Shown: positions 9,467-18,527 of the stretch, one piece after another
How the letters are laid out: each line of letters begins with the position of its first letter
Numbering within the stretch: position 1 is the first letter of the stretch
NCBI RefSeq assembly: GCF_000022265.1
Contig: NC_011979.1
Coordinates: 4,110,001-4,142,000 of the forward strand
From: Geotalea daltonii FRC-32
Lineage (GTDB): Bacteria; Desulfobacterota; Desulfuromonadia; Geobacterales; Geobacteraceae
Reading direction: 5' to 3'
DNA: 32,000 bases
Translations under genes and position numbers: made by a program
The notes under the pieces: generated by a model
What the model was told of the DNA's origin: nothing
The model's input: only the letters and a program-made list of their open reading frames with translations
Databases searched by the model: none

Positions 9467-9476
9467 TTGTAATTTT

Positions 9477-9552
9477 TGGTGGAGATGAACGGGATCGAAC
9501 CGTCGACCTATGCGTTGCGAACGCATCGCTCTCCCAACTGAGCTACATCCCC
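9477..9552 (-). tRNA. tRNA-Ala, anticodon CGC
   Basis: The reverse complement is GGGGATGTAGCTCAGTTGGGAGAGCGATGCGTTCGCAACGCATAGGTCGACGGTTCGATCCCGTTCATCTCCACCA. It folds as a 76-nt cloverleaf with anticodon loop TTCGCAA, the G3:U70 alanine identity pair and an encoded CCA. Confidence 0.95.
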
Positions 9553-9603
9553 TGATGATTTTCTCAATGTATACCGCAAATAATAACGGTTGAAAAGGAA
9601 TTT

Positions 9604-11430
9604 TCAGTTCTGAATCGGCACGACGACGCTAAATTCCACGCCGATACCCGGTCGGTTGTTGATATGGATCTTGCCGCAATGGTTGGTGATGATACGGTTT
9701 GCTATGGGAAGACCAAGGCCGGTGCCGGTGTCTTTTGTGGTGTAAAAGGGATTGAAGATGTGGTGAAGCGTTTCCAGCGGAATGCCTCCGCCGGTATCCC
9801 TGACCTTGACGGCAACGGCTTTCTGTCCGTCGATGGTTGAGGTCCCGACCCGAATGGCAAGCTCACCGCCATTTTTCATCGCTTCCTGTCCATTGAAGAA
9901 AAGGTTGATGAACACCTGTTTCAGTTGTTGACAGTCGCCGAGAAGCGCCTCGATCTTTCGGGGAAAGCGGGTCGTAACCCGGATGCCTTTCTCTTCCAAG
10001 GAAGGCCGGACCACTGCCAGAGCGTCCTTAACTATCTCAGAGATATTGCAGGGGGTATAACAGATTGTTGTCTTCTTGGAGAAAGAAAGGATATCGGTCA
10101 GCATCTTCTCCAGTCTCAGCACTTCCCGGACGATCAGGTCGGCACTTTCTTTCTCGTCGGATGCCTTGGCCAGCCTGCCTGCCAGCCGCCGTGCAAATCC
10201 GCCGATGGCAACCAGAGGTCCCTTGAGCTCATGGGCAATGCCGGCTGCCATTTCACCTATGGCGGCCAAACGCTCTCCCTGGATGAGCCGGTCCTGGGCC
10301 TCTGACAGATCGCGATTGGTATCTTCGATCCGATTATAGAGGATGGAATTCTGGATGGCCATGCCGGCTTGATTGGTGAAAAGTTGTAAAAAGCGCAGGT
10401 TGTCTTTGCTGATAGGCCTTCCTTCGAGGCTGTTGTCGACCACGATGACCCCTACCACCTTTTCACGGGCTATGAGCGGTGCGACCGCGAAGGAGGTGAT
10501 GCCGAAGCGCTTGATGAAAGTATGATCCGCCTGCTTTTCACGGGCGGCCACGGGCACATAGATCAGCCGTTTTTCCAGCACGGCCCGAGAAGCCAGGTTC
10601 AGTGACTTGTCCAACTCCAGGCGGCTGGCCATTACCTTCTGATTGAAATCGGCTTGTCGCTGGCAGACCATGTTGTCATCGGAGATGTCCCAGCGACTGG
10701 CCAGGATATCCTCAGACTCGCTGAAGGGATCGGTGCAGCATGCGGATGTTTCCCTGGTCACTCCAAGCATTCCCTGCATGATTCCTGACCTTTTGTTGAT
10801 AAGGAAAAGCATGGCCCGGTCGAAAAAGGGAGCCGGCCCCGAAGTAAGCGCCGTCAGGGTAAGGTGGATCAGCTTGTTCAGTTCAATGGTGGAAAGGATA
10901 GTATTACTGACACGGTAGAGAAGGGACAGATCTTTCAGTTTTTTGTCATTTTCAGCAGAGAGATTGGTCAACAACTGAAGGGCAATGGTTCGCACCTGCT
11001 CCAGGACCTTTTTCCTGGTAGCGGTCAGGCTCTCGTTTGGCCCCAGGCCGATGGCGAGAACGCCAAAAAATCGGTCATTGCGTGAGATAGGTTCGCAAAG
11101 AAATTCGACTTCACTACCATGCCTGGTTTCGTCGGCATGGAGAGCCTGCGGTGGGATAGAGAGCGGAATTCTTCTGGCAGCACAAATTCCGGCACCGCCC
11201 TGTCCTGGTGGGATATTGCATGGAGTCATGGTGCCCGGATCGGCGCTGCTTATTTTCCTGGACAGGCATCCTTGATACTGATCATGGAGATAAATGGTGA
11301 CGGATGTTAGCTGGAGTGAGCCGGCAAGACGTTTAACAAGGGATTTCAACTTCTGGAGAGAAGTGCGGTTTGGGGCGTCGGCTATGCGCACCGCATAACT
11401 CAAGAGGTTGTACCTGTCCCGAAAGGTCAT
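9604..11430 (-). CDS. Sensor histidine kinase with tandem GAF-like domains
   Basis: H-box AAGIAHELKGPL. N box FNGQEAM. G boxes DTGGGI and GTGLGLPIANRII. About 380 aa of N-terminal GAF-like region. GGAG RBS. Confidence 0.9.
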   Translation of the reverse strand: MTFRDRYNLLSYAVRIADAPNRTSLQKLKSLVKRLAGSLQLTSVTIYLHDQYQGCLSRKISSADPGTMTPCNIPPGQGGAGICAARRIPLSIPPQALHADETRHGSEVEFLCEPISRNDRFFGVLAIGLGPNESLTATRKKVLEQVRTIALQLLTNLSAENDKKLKDLSLLYRVSNTILSTIELNKLIHLTLTALTSGPAPFFDRAMLFLINKRSGIMQGMLGVTRETSACCTDPFSESEDILASRWDISDDNMVCQRQADFNQKVMASRLELDKSLNLASRAVLEKRLIYVPVAAREKQADHTFIKRFGITSFAVAPLIAREKVVGVIVVDNSLEGRPISKDNLRFLQLFTNQAGMAIQNSILYNRIEDTNRDLSEAQDRLIQGERLAAIGEMAAGIAHELKGPLVAIGGFARRLAGRLAKASDEKESADLIVREVLRLEKMLTDILSFSKKTTICYTPCNISEIVKDALAVVRPSLEEKGIRVTTRFPRKIEALLGDCQQLKQVFINLFFNGQEAMKNGGELAIRVGTSTIDGQKAVAVKVRDTGGGIPLETLHHIFNPFYTTKDTGTGLGLPIANRIITNHCGKIHINNRPGIGVEFSVVVPIQN

Positions 11431-11487
11431 GGCAAAACTCCGGCGGGATGTGTATTGGAGGGTGAAAAATCAGAGCATACGGAAAAA

Positions 11488-11856
11488 TTATCGCAGCTTT
11501 TCTTTCTGTTCCTGATCCATTTTGCAGTCGATGCAAAGGGTGGTTACCGGGCGTGCTTTGAGTCTCGCTTCACTGATGTCTTCTTCGCATATTTCGCAGA
11601 TGCCGAAGGTGCCGTCCTCGATACGCTGAAGTGCTTCCTTGATCTTGTTGATGAGTTTCCGTTCCCGGTCCCTGATGCGCAATTCGAAGTTACGATCCGA
11701 TTCCTGGGTCGCCCGGTCGTTTGGATCGGGGAAATTCGTCGTGTCCGAGGTCATTTCCGACACGGTCCTGCCGGCTTCTTCCCTGAGGACGCGGATCTCT
11801 TCCAGCAGTACGTTTTTAAAATACTCAAGCTTTTCTGAATCCATGGACTTCACCAT
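11488..11856 (-). CDS. dksA: DksA/TraR-family RNA-polymerase-binding transcription factor
   Basis: Coiled-coil tip motif DPNDRA (DxxDxA). C4 zinc finger CEICEEDI...CIDC. About 120 aa. Alternative start ATG at 11844. Confidence 0.85.
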   Translation of the reverse strand: MVKSMDSEKLEYFKNVLLEEIRVLREEAGRTVSEMTSDTTNFPDPNDRATQESDRNFELRIRDRERKLINKIKEALQRIEDGTFGICEICEEDISEARLKARPVTTLCIDCKMDQEQKEKLR

Positions 11857-11941
11857 CCTTTGCTAAATCATTATAATATTAAAAAGGAATTTAACTATTT
11901 AGTAAAGGAAAATTTTGTGGTCAGGCCTGCTGAGGAGTGAC

Positions 11942-13288
11942 CTAAAAGACCTTGTCCAGGGCTTCGTCGACCGATTTCACGCCAATGAGTTCAAGACCCT
12001 TTGCTTTGACCTGTTTCAGATTGCCGGCTGGAAGGATGCAGCGGCTGAATCCCAGCTTGGCGGCCTCCTTGACTCGAAGCTCGGGCTGGGTAATACCTCG
12101 CACTTCTCCGGTCAGACCCACCTCCCCCAAAAGAAGGGTGTTGCCGGCTATGGGCTTGTCAAGGTGGCTTGAAGCGACGGCAACAACCATGCCCAGGTCG
12201 GCGGCAGGCTCATTCAGTTTTACCCCGCCCGCCACGTTCAGAAATATGTCCTGGCCCGCCAGCGACAGCCCCACTTTTTTCTCAAGAACAGCCACAAGCA
12301 GGGACAGACGGTGATGATCGACGCCAATAGTTGTGCGGCGAGGAACACCAAGTGAAGAGGCACTCACCAGGGCCTGCAGCTCGACGAGGACTGGGCGACT
12401 CCCTTCCAGAGACGCCACGACCACGGAGCCGGAAGCCCCCATGGGCCGTTCGGAAAGGAAAAGCTCGGAGGGATTTCTGACCTCGCAGAGCCCTCCTTCC
12501 TTCATTTCGAAGACACCGATCTCGTTGGTGGAACCGAACCGGTTTTTAACCGCACGCAGAATCCTGAACGGATGACCGCTGTCCCCTTCAAAGTAGAGAA
12601 CGGTGTCAACAAGATGTTCCAGCACTCGTGGGCCGGCTATGGCGCCATCTTTGGTCACATGGCCGACAATGAAGACCGGAATCCCGCTCCCTTTCGCCAT
12701 TATCATCAGCCGGCCGGCTGTCTCGCGAACCTGACTGACGCTGCCGGGTGCCGATTCCAGCCCTGAGGTGAAGATAGTTTGAATGGAATCGATAACTATC
12801 GCCTTCGGCTGCATCCTGGCAATATGGGCAAGGATGTTTTCCAGGGCCGTCTCGGCCAGGACGTAGAGGCCAGGGGCATTGACTCCCATTCTCGCGCCAC
12901 GCAACTTGATCTGCCGGGCGGACTCTTCTCCGGAAACATAAAGGACGGTGCCGGTCTTAGCCACGTGGTTCATGGCCTGCAGAAGCAAGGTAGATTTACC
13001 GATACCGGGATCACCACCGATAAGGACCAGGGAACCTGCCACCAGCCCCCCTCCCAGCACCCGGTCGAACTCTGAGATGCCAGTGGGAAGATGCATCTCT
13101 GCTTCCCCACCGACCTGGTTGATCGGCAATGGGGGGCCTCCGGGGAGTGCCCTGCTAGCGGCTGCCCCGGATTTAATGGCAACTTCTTCCTCCATGGTAT
13201 TCCATGCCCCGCAGTCGGGGCATCGGCCAAGCCACTTGGCGGACTGGTAGCCGCATTTCTGGCAACTGTAAAGGGTCTTTGTTTTCAA
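11942..13288 (-). CDS. radA: DNA repair protein RadA (Sms)
   Basis: Zinc finger YSCQKCGYQSAKWLGRCPDCGAWNT. Walker A GGDPGIGKST. KNRFG motif. Lon-like C-terminus. I prefer the TTG at 13288 (GAGGG RBS 8 nt upstream, giving MKTKTLYSC). The track ORF extends to another TTG at 13345. Confidence 0.93.
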   Translation of the reverse strand: MKTKTLYSCQKCGYQSAKWLGRCPDCGAWNTMEEEVAIKSGAAASRALPGGPPLPINQVGGEAEMHLPTGISEFDRVLGGGLVAGSLVLIGGDPGIGKSTLLLQAMNHVAKTGTVLYVSGEESARQIKLRGARMGVNAPGLYVLAETALENILAHIARMQPKAIVIDSIQTIFTSGLESAPGSVSQVRETAGRLMIMAKGSGIPVFIVGHVTKDGAIAGPRVLEHLVDTVLYFEGDSGHPFRILRAVKNRFGSTNEIGVFEMKEGGLCEVRNPSELFLSERPMGASGSVVVASLEGSRPVLVELQALVSASSLGVPRRTTIGVDHHRLSLLVAVLEKKVGLSLAGQDIFLNVAGGVKLNEPAADLGMVVAVASSHLDKPIAGNTLLLGEVGLTGEVRGITQPELRVKEAAKLGFSRCILPAGNLKQVKAKGLELIGVKSVDEALDKVF

Positions 13289-13379
13289 TGTCTTATCCCT
13301 CTTTGTACTGGCCCGGATAGTAGTCCCTTTCTCCAGGTGTGTCAACAGCGACCCTTGTGGCTGCTATCGGTGTATTAGT

Positions 13380-13407
13380 TTGACAATGATTTTGACATTA
13401 ATATAAA
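13380..13407 (+). promoter_or_regulatory. Sigma-70-type promoter for the HEAT/HD-GYP pair
   Basis: TTGACA (13380-13385), a 16-nt spacer, then TATAAA (13402-13407), about 40 nt upstream of the ATG at 13447. Confidence 0.4.
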
Positions 13408-13446
13408 ATTCCTTTTCTACCATTATCCTGCGTAAACAGGGAAACA

Positions 13447-15075
13447 ATGAATTTAGGCACCGAGTCCATATTGAAGCTGGTACGCCCCAAGACAGAAAAG
13501 CCTGGAAATCCGGGTCCTATTCTGGCAGATATTTACAAGGCAATGAGAGCCATCGGCTTTTATCCCGAAGGGCACCCGAAGCGCGAGGAGATAGTCGCCA
13601 ATGTCTATAATACCTTAGGGCATTTTGTGCAGGAAAAGGAACTGGCATTGACCATCAGCCGGGCAGGGTTCTCCTCCGCAGGTGAGCCGATAAAGGCAGA
13701 GTTGAACCAGATGGTTGTCAGCCTTGCCGCTGAGTTGTTCATCCGCAGGATCCAGCAGCTTACATTTCTCCCGGATCTGTCCCTTGATGACCTGCGTGCG
13801 TTCCTGCACCTGTTGTCCATGGACCAAAAGAATCTTGCGCTTTCCGGGGGGATGGCACAGCTGATGCCGGCAAGGGGCATACGAACAATATGGGCCAATG
13901 AGATAGATCTGTCGGTGATCTGGGAAAAGCGGCAGGCGCTTGAAGAGAAAATAGAGTCTGGAGATGCGCTGGCCAAAACGGGCGAAGAGGGACCTGAACG
14001 GGCTGAGGGGGAAGAAGGTGCTTATCCCGCAGACAGCGGGAACACCGATACAGATACCTTGATGGAACTGCTTGCCCGAATGGACCGGGAAACCGACGAC
14101 AACCGCTACCAGCAGTTGGCCCGCAATCTGGCCAGCAAGGCAGAAGGTTTCAAAGAAAAGGCTGTTTGCGCCCCTCTTTTTCTGGTTTTGCATGCGCTCC
14201 TGCAGCATAATGAAGATACAAACCGGTCCCAAGTGCAGAGAGATTATGCTGTTTTTACCCTGGAGCAAATTGCAGAAGGGGTTACGATCGATTTTCTTCT
14301 GCAGCACCTGGAGAGCAAGAGTCCGCTGGAGACAGCAAAGATTTATCCCATACTTAAAAAACTGGGGGCAAAGATTGCCTATGTGATCATTCAGAGGCTC
14401 TGCTTGGCTGACGGCCTTCATGCCCGAAAATCACTTGCAGCAGCACTGCTCGCCATCGGCCAGCCGGCGGTTCCTCCGCTTCTCGCCATGCTCAAGGACG
14501 AGAGATGGTATGTGGTCCGGAACATGGTGGCCATTTTAGGGCAGATCGGCTGTAGGGACAGCGCCAATGCCTTTAGGCCGGCGCTCTATCATGGCGATCA
14601 GCGGGTAAGGAAGGAAACTATTCATGCGCTGGTAAAAATCGGCGGCAAAGATGCCGAATCCATGATTATCGAGCTTATTGAAGATGCAGACCCGGCCATT
14701 GTCCTTCATGCCATAATGTCTCTGGGTCTTTTAAAGAGCGATGCCGCCGTGCAACTGCTGATCCAGATTATTGAAAAATCGGATTTTTTCTCCAGGCAGA
14801 TCAAGGTAAAGAAGGAGGCGATCATCGCCCTTGGCAGGATTGGTGACAGACGGGCCGTCACCCCACTACTCAGCCTGCTTGGATCAAACAGCTGGCTGCC
14901 CTGGAGTAAGTGGGACGAAATGAAGATTGTGGCCGCTACGGCGCTTGGCCGACTCGGGGATGAAGCAGCGCTCCCTTCTCTGAACGCTTGTGCGGCAAGG
15001 GGCGGATCTCTGGGGAAAGCCTGCAGTGACGCGGTTGACAATATCGAGAGGGTGGCGGAAGGTCTCTATGAGTGA
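13447..15075 (+). CDS. HEAT-repeat (PBS-lyase-type) protein with an N-terminal GFYPxGHP module
   Basis: C-terminal repeats follow the pattern VR..A..ALG.IGD..A...L. The N-terminal 170 aa are paralogous to the N-terminus of the next gene. AGGGA RBS. Confidence 0.85.
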   Translation: MNLGTESILKLVRPKTEKPGNPGPILADIYKAMRAIGFYPEGHPKREEIVANVYNTLGHFVQEKELALTISRAGFSSAGEPIKAELNQMVVSLAAELFIRRIQQLTFLPDLSLDDLRAFLHLLSMDQKNLALSGGMAQLMPARGIRTIWANEIDLSVIWEKRQALEEKIESGDALAKTGEEGPERAEGEEGAYPADSGNTDTDTLMELLARMDRETDDNRYQQLARNLASKAEGFKEKAVCAPLFLVLHALLQHNEDTNRSQVQRDYAVFTLEQIAEGVTIDFLLQHLESKSPLETAKIYPILKKLGAKIAYVIIQRLCLADGLHARKSLAAALLAIGQPAVPPLLAMLKDERWYVVRNMVAILGQIGCRDSANAFRPALYHGDQRVRKETIHALVKIGGKDAESMIIELIEDADPAIVLHAIMSLGLLKSDAAVQLLIQIIEKSDFFSRQIKVKKEAIIALGRIGDRRAVTPLLSLLGSNSWLPWSKWDEMKIVAATALGRLGDEAALPSLNACAARGGSLGKACSDAVDNIERVAEGLYE

Positions 15076-16444
15076 AATCAGCCAGGAAATCGCCCAGCGC
15101 ATGGCGACACTGCTGTCGGGTTCGATCAAGGGAGTCGGCTTTTATCCCTCCGGCCATCCAGCCATTCTCAACCCGCTTAAGGAAATCGTGACCATTGTTG
15201 AGGCAGCCCTGCGAGCGCGCCCCGAAGTCAGGCTGGGAGTTGTGGATGGGGTCTTATTTGTCGAGAAGCAGCTGTTTTTTGCACCATCCACAAGCATTGA
15301 AGAGCTGGCAACCCGCCTGCAGGAGAAGGAAATCACCGGCATCATCCTCAGTCCCGGCATTAACGTCAGCGGACTTGCCCGGTTCGTTACCCTCCTGGGA
15401 AAGAATCAACTGAAGGCTGAACAGATCAACACCGAAATCAGCTCCCAGGGGATAACGGGTCTCTCCATCATCACGGCCATGGATGAGGACCAGGAAGAGA
15501 TCCAGCAGGAGGAAGCCTGCCTCAGGACTCGTCATGAAGCCCTCGAAACGGTGGAGCAGATCTTCAGGGAAGTGGAGCTGGGCAGAATTCCCGGCAGCGA
15601 CAGGATATCAACCGTGGTCCGGGAAATGGCTTCATTGGCGGTCAAAGATTCGGCGGCACTGCTGGCGTTATCGATGATCAAGGACTACGACAACTATACC
15701 TTCAATCACAGTGTCAATGTGGGGGTAATTTCCATGACCATTGCCTCCCATATGAATCTTGGACGGGAGGAAATAGAGACGGTCGGCATGGCCGGTTTCC
15801 TCCATGATGTGGGAAAGGTCCGAATAGAAAAAAGCATCCTTAACAAGCCAGGAAAATTGACGACCATTGAATACGAAGAGATGAAGAAACATACCGAATC
15901 GGGCATTGAAATCATCGATAAAATGAAAGGAATCAATTCGAAGGTGGCACAGGCCGTGCTTGGACACCACATCGGCTATAATCGTAAAGGCTACCCCGAA
16001 TGGGCAAGGGAAATGCCATTCACCTCAATGAGCGAAATTGTTGCCGCTGCCGATTGTTATGACGCCATCACTACGGTCCGCGTTTACCAAAAGCCATACA
16101 ATCCAAGAGAGGCCATTGCCCACCTGCAAATAATAGCGGGTTCTTATTTGAATGGCGATATAGTGGATAAGTTCAAAGAGATGATGGGGCCGTACCCGGT
16201 AGGAACGGTGGTGAGGCTGGATAATAATGAAATTGCCATTGTCTACCGGCCGAATCTCCAGGTGCCTGAAGCACCGAAGGTGAAGATTGTAATGGATGCT
16301 GCTGGCAGAAGACTTGCCATGCCTCTGCGCAGGAAGCTGGCTGACGAAAAGGGAAACACTTACGCCAGAATTGTGGCGGTAGTAGATCCTCTAGTGAAAA
16401 ATATCGATATTGCCGGCTGTCTCAACATGTCTTCAGCAAGGTAG
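15068..16444 (+). CDS. HD-GYP domain protein (putative c-di-GMP phosphodiesterase)
   Basis: Motifs FNHSVNV, FLHDVGK and GHHIGYNRKGYP. The ATG at 15068 has a GGAAGG RBS and overlaps the upstream stop by 8 nt (ATGAGTGA). The track ORF from 14990 starts at an upstream GTG inside the HEAT gene. Confidence 0.9.
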   Translation: MSEISQEIAQRMATLLSGSIKGVGFYPSGHPAILNPLKEIVTIVEAALRARPEVRLGVVDGVLFVEKQLFFAPSTSIEELATRLQEKEITGIILSPGINVSGLARFVTLLGKNQLKAEQINTEISSQGITGLSIITAMDEDQEEIQQEEACLRTRHEALETVEQIFREVELGRIPGSDRISTVVREMASLAVKDSAALLALSMIKDYDNYTFNHSVNVGVISMTIASHMNLGREEIETVGMAGFLHDVGKVRIEKSILNKPGKLTTIEYEEMKKHTESGIEIIDKMKGINSKVAQAVLGHHIGYNRKGYPEWAREMPFTSMSEIVAAADCYDAITTVRVYQKPYNPREAIAHLQIIAGSYLNGDIVDKFKEMMGPYPVGTVVRLDNNEIAIVYRPNLQVPEAPKVKIVMDAAGRRLAMPLRRKLADEKGNTYARIVAVVDPLVKNIDIAGCLNMSSAR

Positions 16445-16471
16445 GTCGGTCTTTGGCAGGCAGAAAACCTG

Positions 16472-17053
16472 CTATGACAGCGCCAGCCTCCCCAGGGCAG
16501 AAGCTGCTGCTTCCCTGGTCGCTGCGTGAGGTGACTGCATCAGCGAAATCAGACGTTCCTCAAGCTGCAGGTTCCCGATCAAGCCAAGTGTCCGGGCCGC
16601 TTCAGCATCAAGAAGTCCATCGCCTGCATCGAGGAACGGCAACAGGATAGGGACCAGGGATGGATCCCTGAAGTTGGCCAACGCCGCGATGGCCTTTGCC
16701 CTGATGGCTGAATTCGGCTCCTTCAGCTTGTCGACGAGCGGCATTAACGTGGAAGGGTTGGCCAGATTGCCCAGCACCTCAATGGCTGCCGATTTTATAT
16801 CTTCTTCCGGACGGGAAATGCAGTAGAGAAGCGGAGGAATAGCCTTCTCTCCCCCTAATTTCCCTAGTGCATAAATGGCCTTTATCTTTGAAGAACGGTT
16901 CCCTTTTTTCAACAGATCGAGAATTTCTTCCCGGCTACCGAGCCCTTCCAGGCATTCCAGAGAATGTGCCGCAGCGGCGCGCACCGCTTCACTTGAATCC
17001 TTGAGTGCGGCAATAAGAGCTTGACGTCGTTTGTTGAGGGCTTTTGAATCCAT
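16472..17053 (-). CDS. HEAT-repeat (PBS-lyase-type) protein
   Basis: Five to six repeats of the type VRAAAAHSLE, IKAIYALGKLGGEKAIPPLL and IRAKAIAALANFRDPSLVPILL. Confidence 0.85.
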   Translation of the reverse strand: MDSKALNKRRQALIAALKDSSEAVRAAAAHSLECLEGLGSREEILDLLKKGNRSSKIKAIYALGKLGGEKAIPPLLYCISRPEEDIKSAAIEVLGNLANPSTLMPLVDKLKEPNSAIRAKAIAALANFRDPSLVPILLPFLDAGDGLLDAEAARTLGLIGNLQLEERLISLMQSPHAATREAAASALGRLALS

Positions 17054-17111
17054 TGGGTATTTCTATCAAAAAAGGACACGTTGGACAATAAATTTCACTC
17101 GGGAGTTTTTC

Positions 17112-17426
17112 ATGGGTATGAATCTAAAGGCGGCCCTGCTTTCGGGCCTGGTGCTCCCCGGTTTGGGCCAGCTCTATAAGGGGTGCAAAATCAAGGGTTC
17201 CGTAATGATCGCGCTGGTGAACATCTTTCTCATCGGAGCGCTTCTGTTCGCCCTTAAAGGAGTCGGGAAAATAATCGTTTCTTCGAAAATGCCCGGTTCA
17301 CCGGATATGCAACAGGTGCTGGAAACAATGAGGAATGATACTCCTGCTGCCAGATGGTTGTTGGCCGCTTTTTTCGGCCTTTGGCTCTATGGTGTGGCAG
17401 ATGCCCTTCTGGGTAGGAAGAAATAG
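17112..17426 (+). CDS. Small integral membrane protein
   Basis: ATG at 17112 follows GGGAG. Motif LSGLVLPGLGQLYKG plus hydrophobic segments. The track ORF from 17031 starts at a TTG overlapping the divergent gene. Confidence 0.65.
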   Translation: MGMNLKAALLSGLVLPGLGQLYKGCKIKGSVMIALVNIFLIGALLFALKGVGKIIVSSKMPGSPDMQQVLETMRNDTPAARWLLAAFFGLWLYGVADALLGRKK

Positions 17427-17534
17427 CCGGAAGATTTGTACACGCAACCAACGGAGTTATTGGTTTGACAAATGCAGCTCAAATGTGCGATAAACTAACG
17501 CTGTTTTGGATTTGCAGGCAAATTTGCCAGGCAG

Positions 17535-18527
17535 ATGGGAGAGATGATGTTATATTCACAAGTACTTGCCACCGGCGGCTTCGTCCCGGTAAATGCCATA
17601 GCTAATAGTTACTTCGATTATCTGGTGGAGGACGCTGATGAATGGATACGCTCGCGGACGGGAATAAGGGAGCGGCGATTTGCCTCTGCAACTGAATCCA
17701 CCTCTGATCTGGCCACTTCAGCTGCAAAGGATGCCCTGCAAAAGGGGAAGATAGATCCACTATCCATTGACTGCATCATCGTTGCAACATCGACTCCCGA
17801 TATGATCCTGCCGGCTACAGCCTGCATGGTGCAGAAGAATATCGGAGCAGCAAACGCCTTTGCCTTCGACATGAATGCAGTTTGCAGCAGCTTCATCTAC
17901 GCAGTGGAGACGGCCGACAACTTCATCAGGTCCGGCAAGTATGGGAAAGTCCTTGTCATTGGGGCCGATACCTATTCCAAAATACTTGACATGCAGGACA
18001 AGACCTCCTGCCCCCTTTTCGGTGACGGCGCCGGTGCCTTGATTCTCGGATCCACTCAGGAAAAAAAAGGTATATTGCAGAGCATCGTCAAAAGCGACGG
18101 CAACGGTTGGGAGCTGATCCAGGTGCCATCATCCGGGTCAAGGAAACCAATAACCGCCGAGACCATAGCGGCAAAGGAAAATACCTTCAAGATGGCCGGG
18201 AAAAGCGTCTTTATCTTTGCCACGGACGTCATTCCGCAGATAATCACGGAAGTTACCGCCAAGGCCGGTATCCGCCCAGACCAGCTTGACTACATCATTC
18301 CCCATCAGGCAAATGTCCGCATTATCGATTTCATTTCCAAAAAGACCGGCATCAACAAGGACAGATTCCTGCTCAATCTTGACCGTTACGGCAATACTGC
18401 AGCTGCTTCCGTCGGCCTGGCTCTGGACGAAAACGTAACCAGCGGCAAGATCAAACCGGGCCACCTGGTCCTGATCATGGGCTTCGGCGGCGGACTCTCC
18501 TGGGGGGGCATCCTCATCCAGTTTTAA
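17535..18527 (+). CDS. fabH: 3-oxoacyl-ACP synthase III (FabH-type ketosynthase)
   Basis: The Cys-His-Asn triad contexts are present: NAVCSSF, IPHQAN and YGNTAAAS. The likely true start is ATG 17547, 5 nt after GGGAG. Confidence 0.9.
   Translation: MGEMMLYSQVLATGGFVPVNAIANSYFDYLVEDADEWIRSRTGIRERRFASATESTSDLATSAAKDALQKGKIDPLSIDCIIVATSTPDMILPATACMVQKNIGAANAFAFDMNAVCSSFIYAVETADNFIRSGKYGKVLVIGADTYSKILDMQDKTSCPLFGDGAGALILGSTQEKKGILQSIVKSDGNGWELIQVPSSGSRKPITAETIAAKENTFKMAGKSVFIFATDVIPQIITEVTAKAGIRPDQLDYIIPHQANVRIIDFISKKTGINKDRFLLNLDRYGNTAAASVGLALDENVTSGKIKPGHLVLIMGFGGGLSWGGILIQF

Noticed and set aside
13615-14421. 268-codon minus-strand ORF
   Set aside because: It is antisense to the HEAT-repeat gene and shows no features of a real protein.
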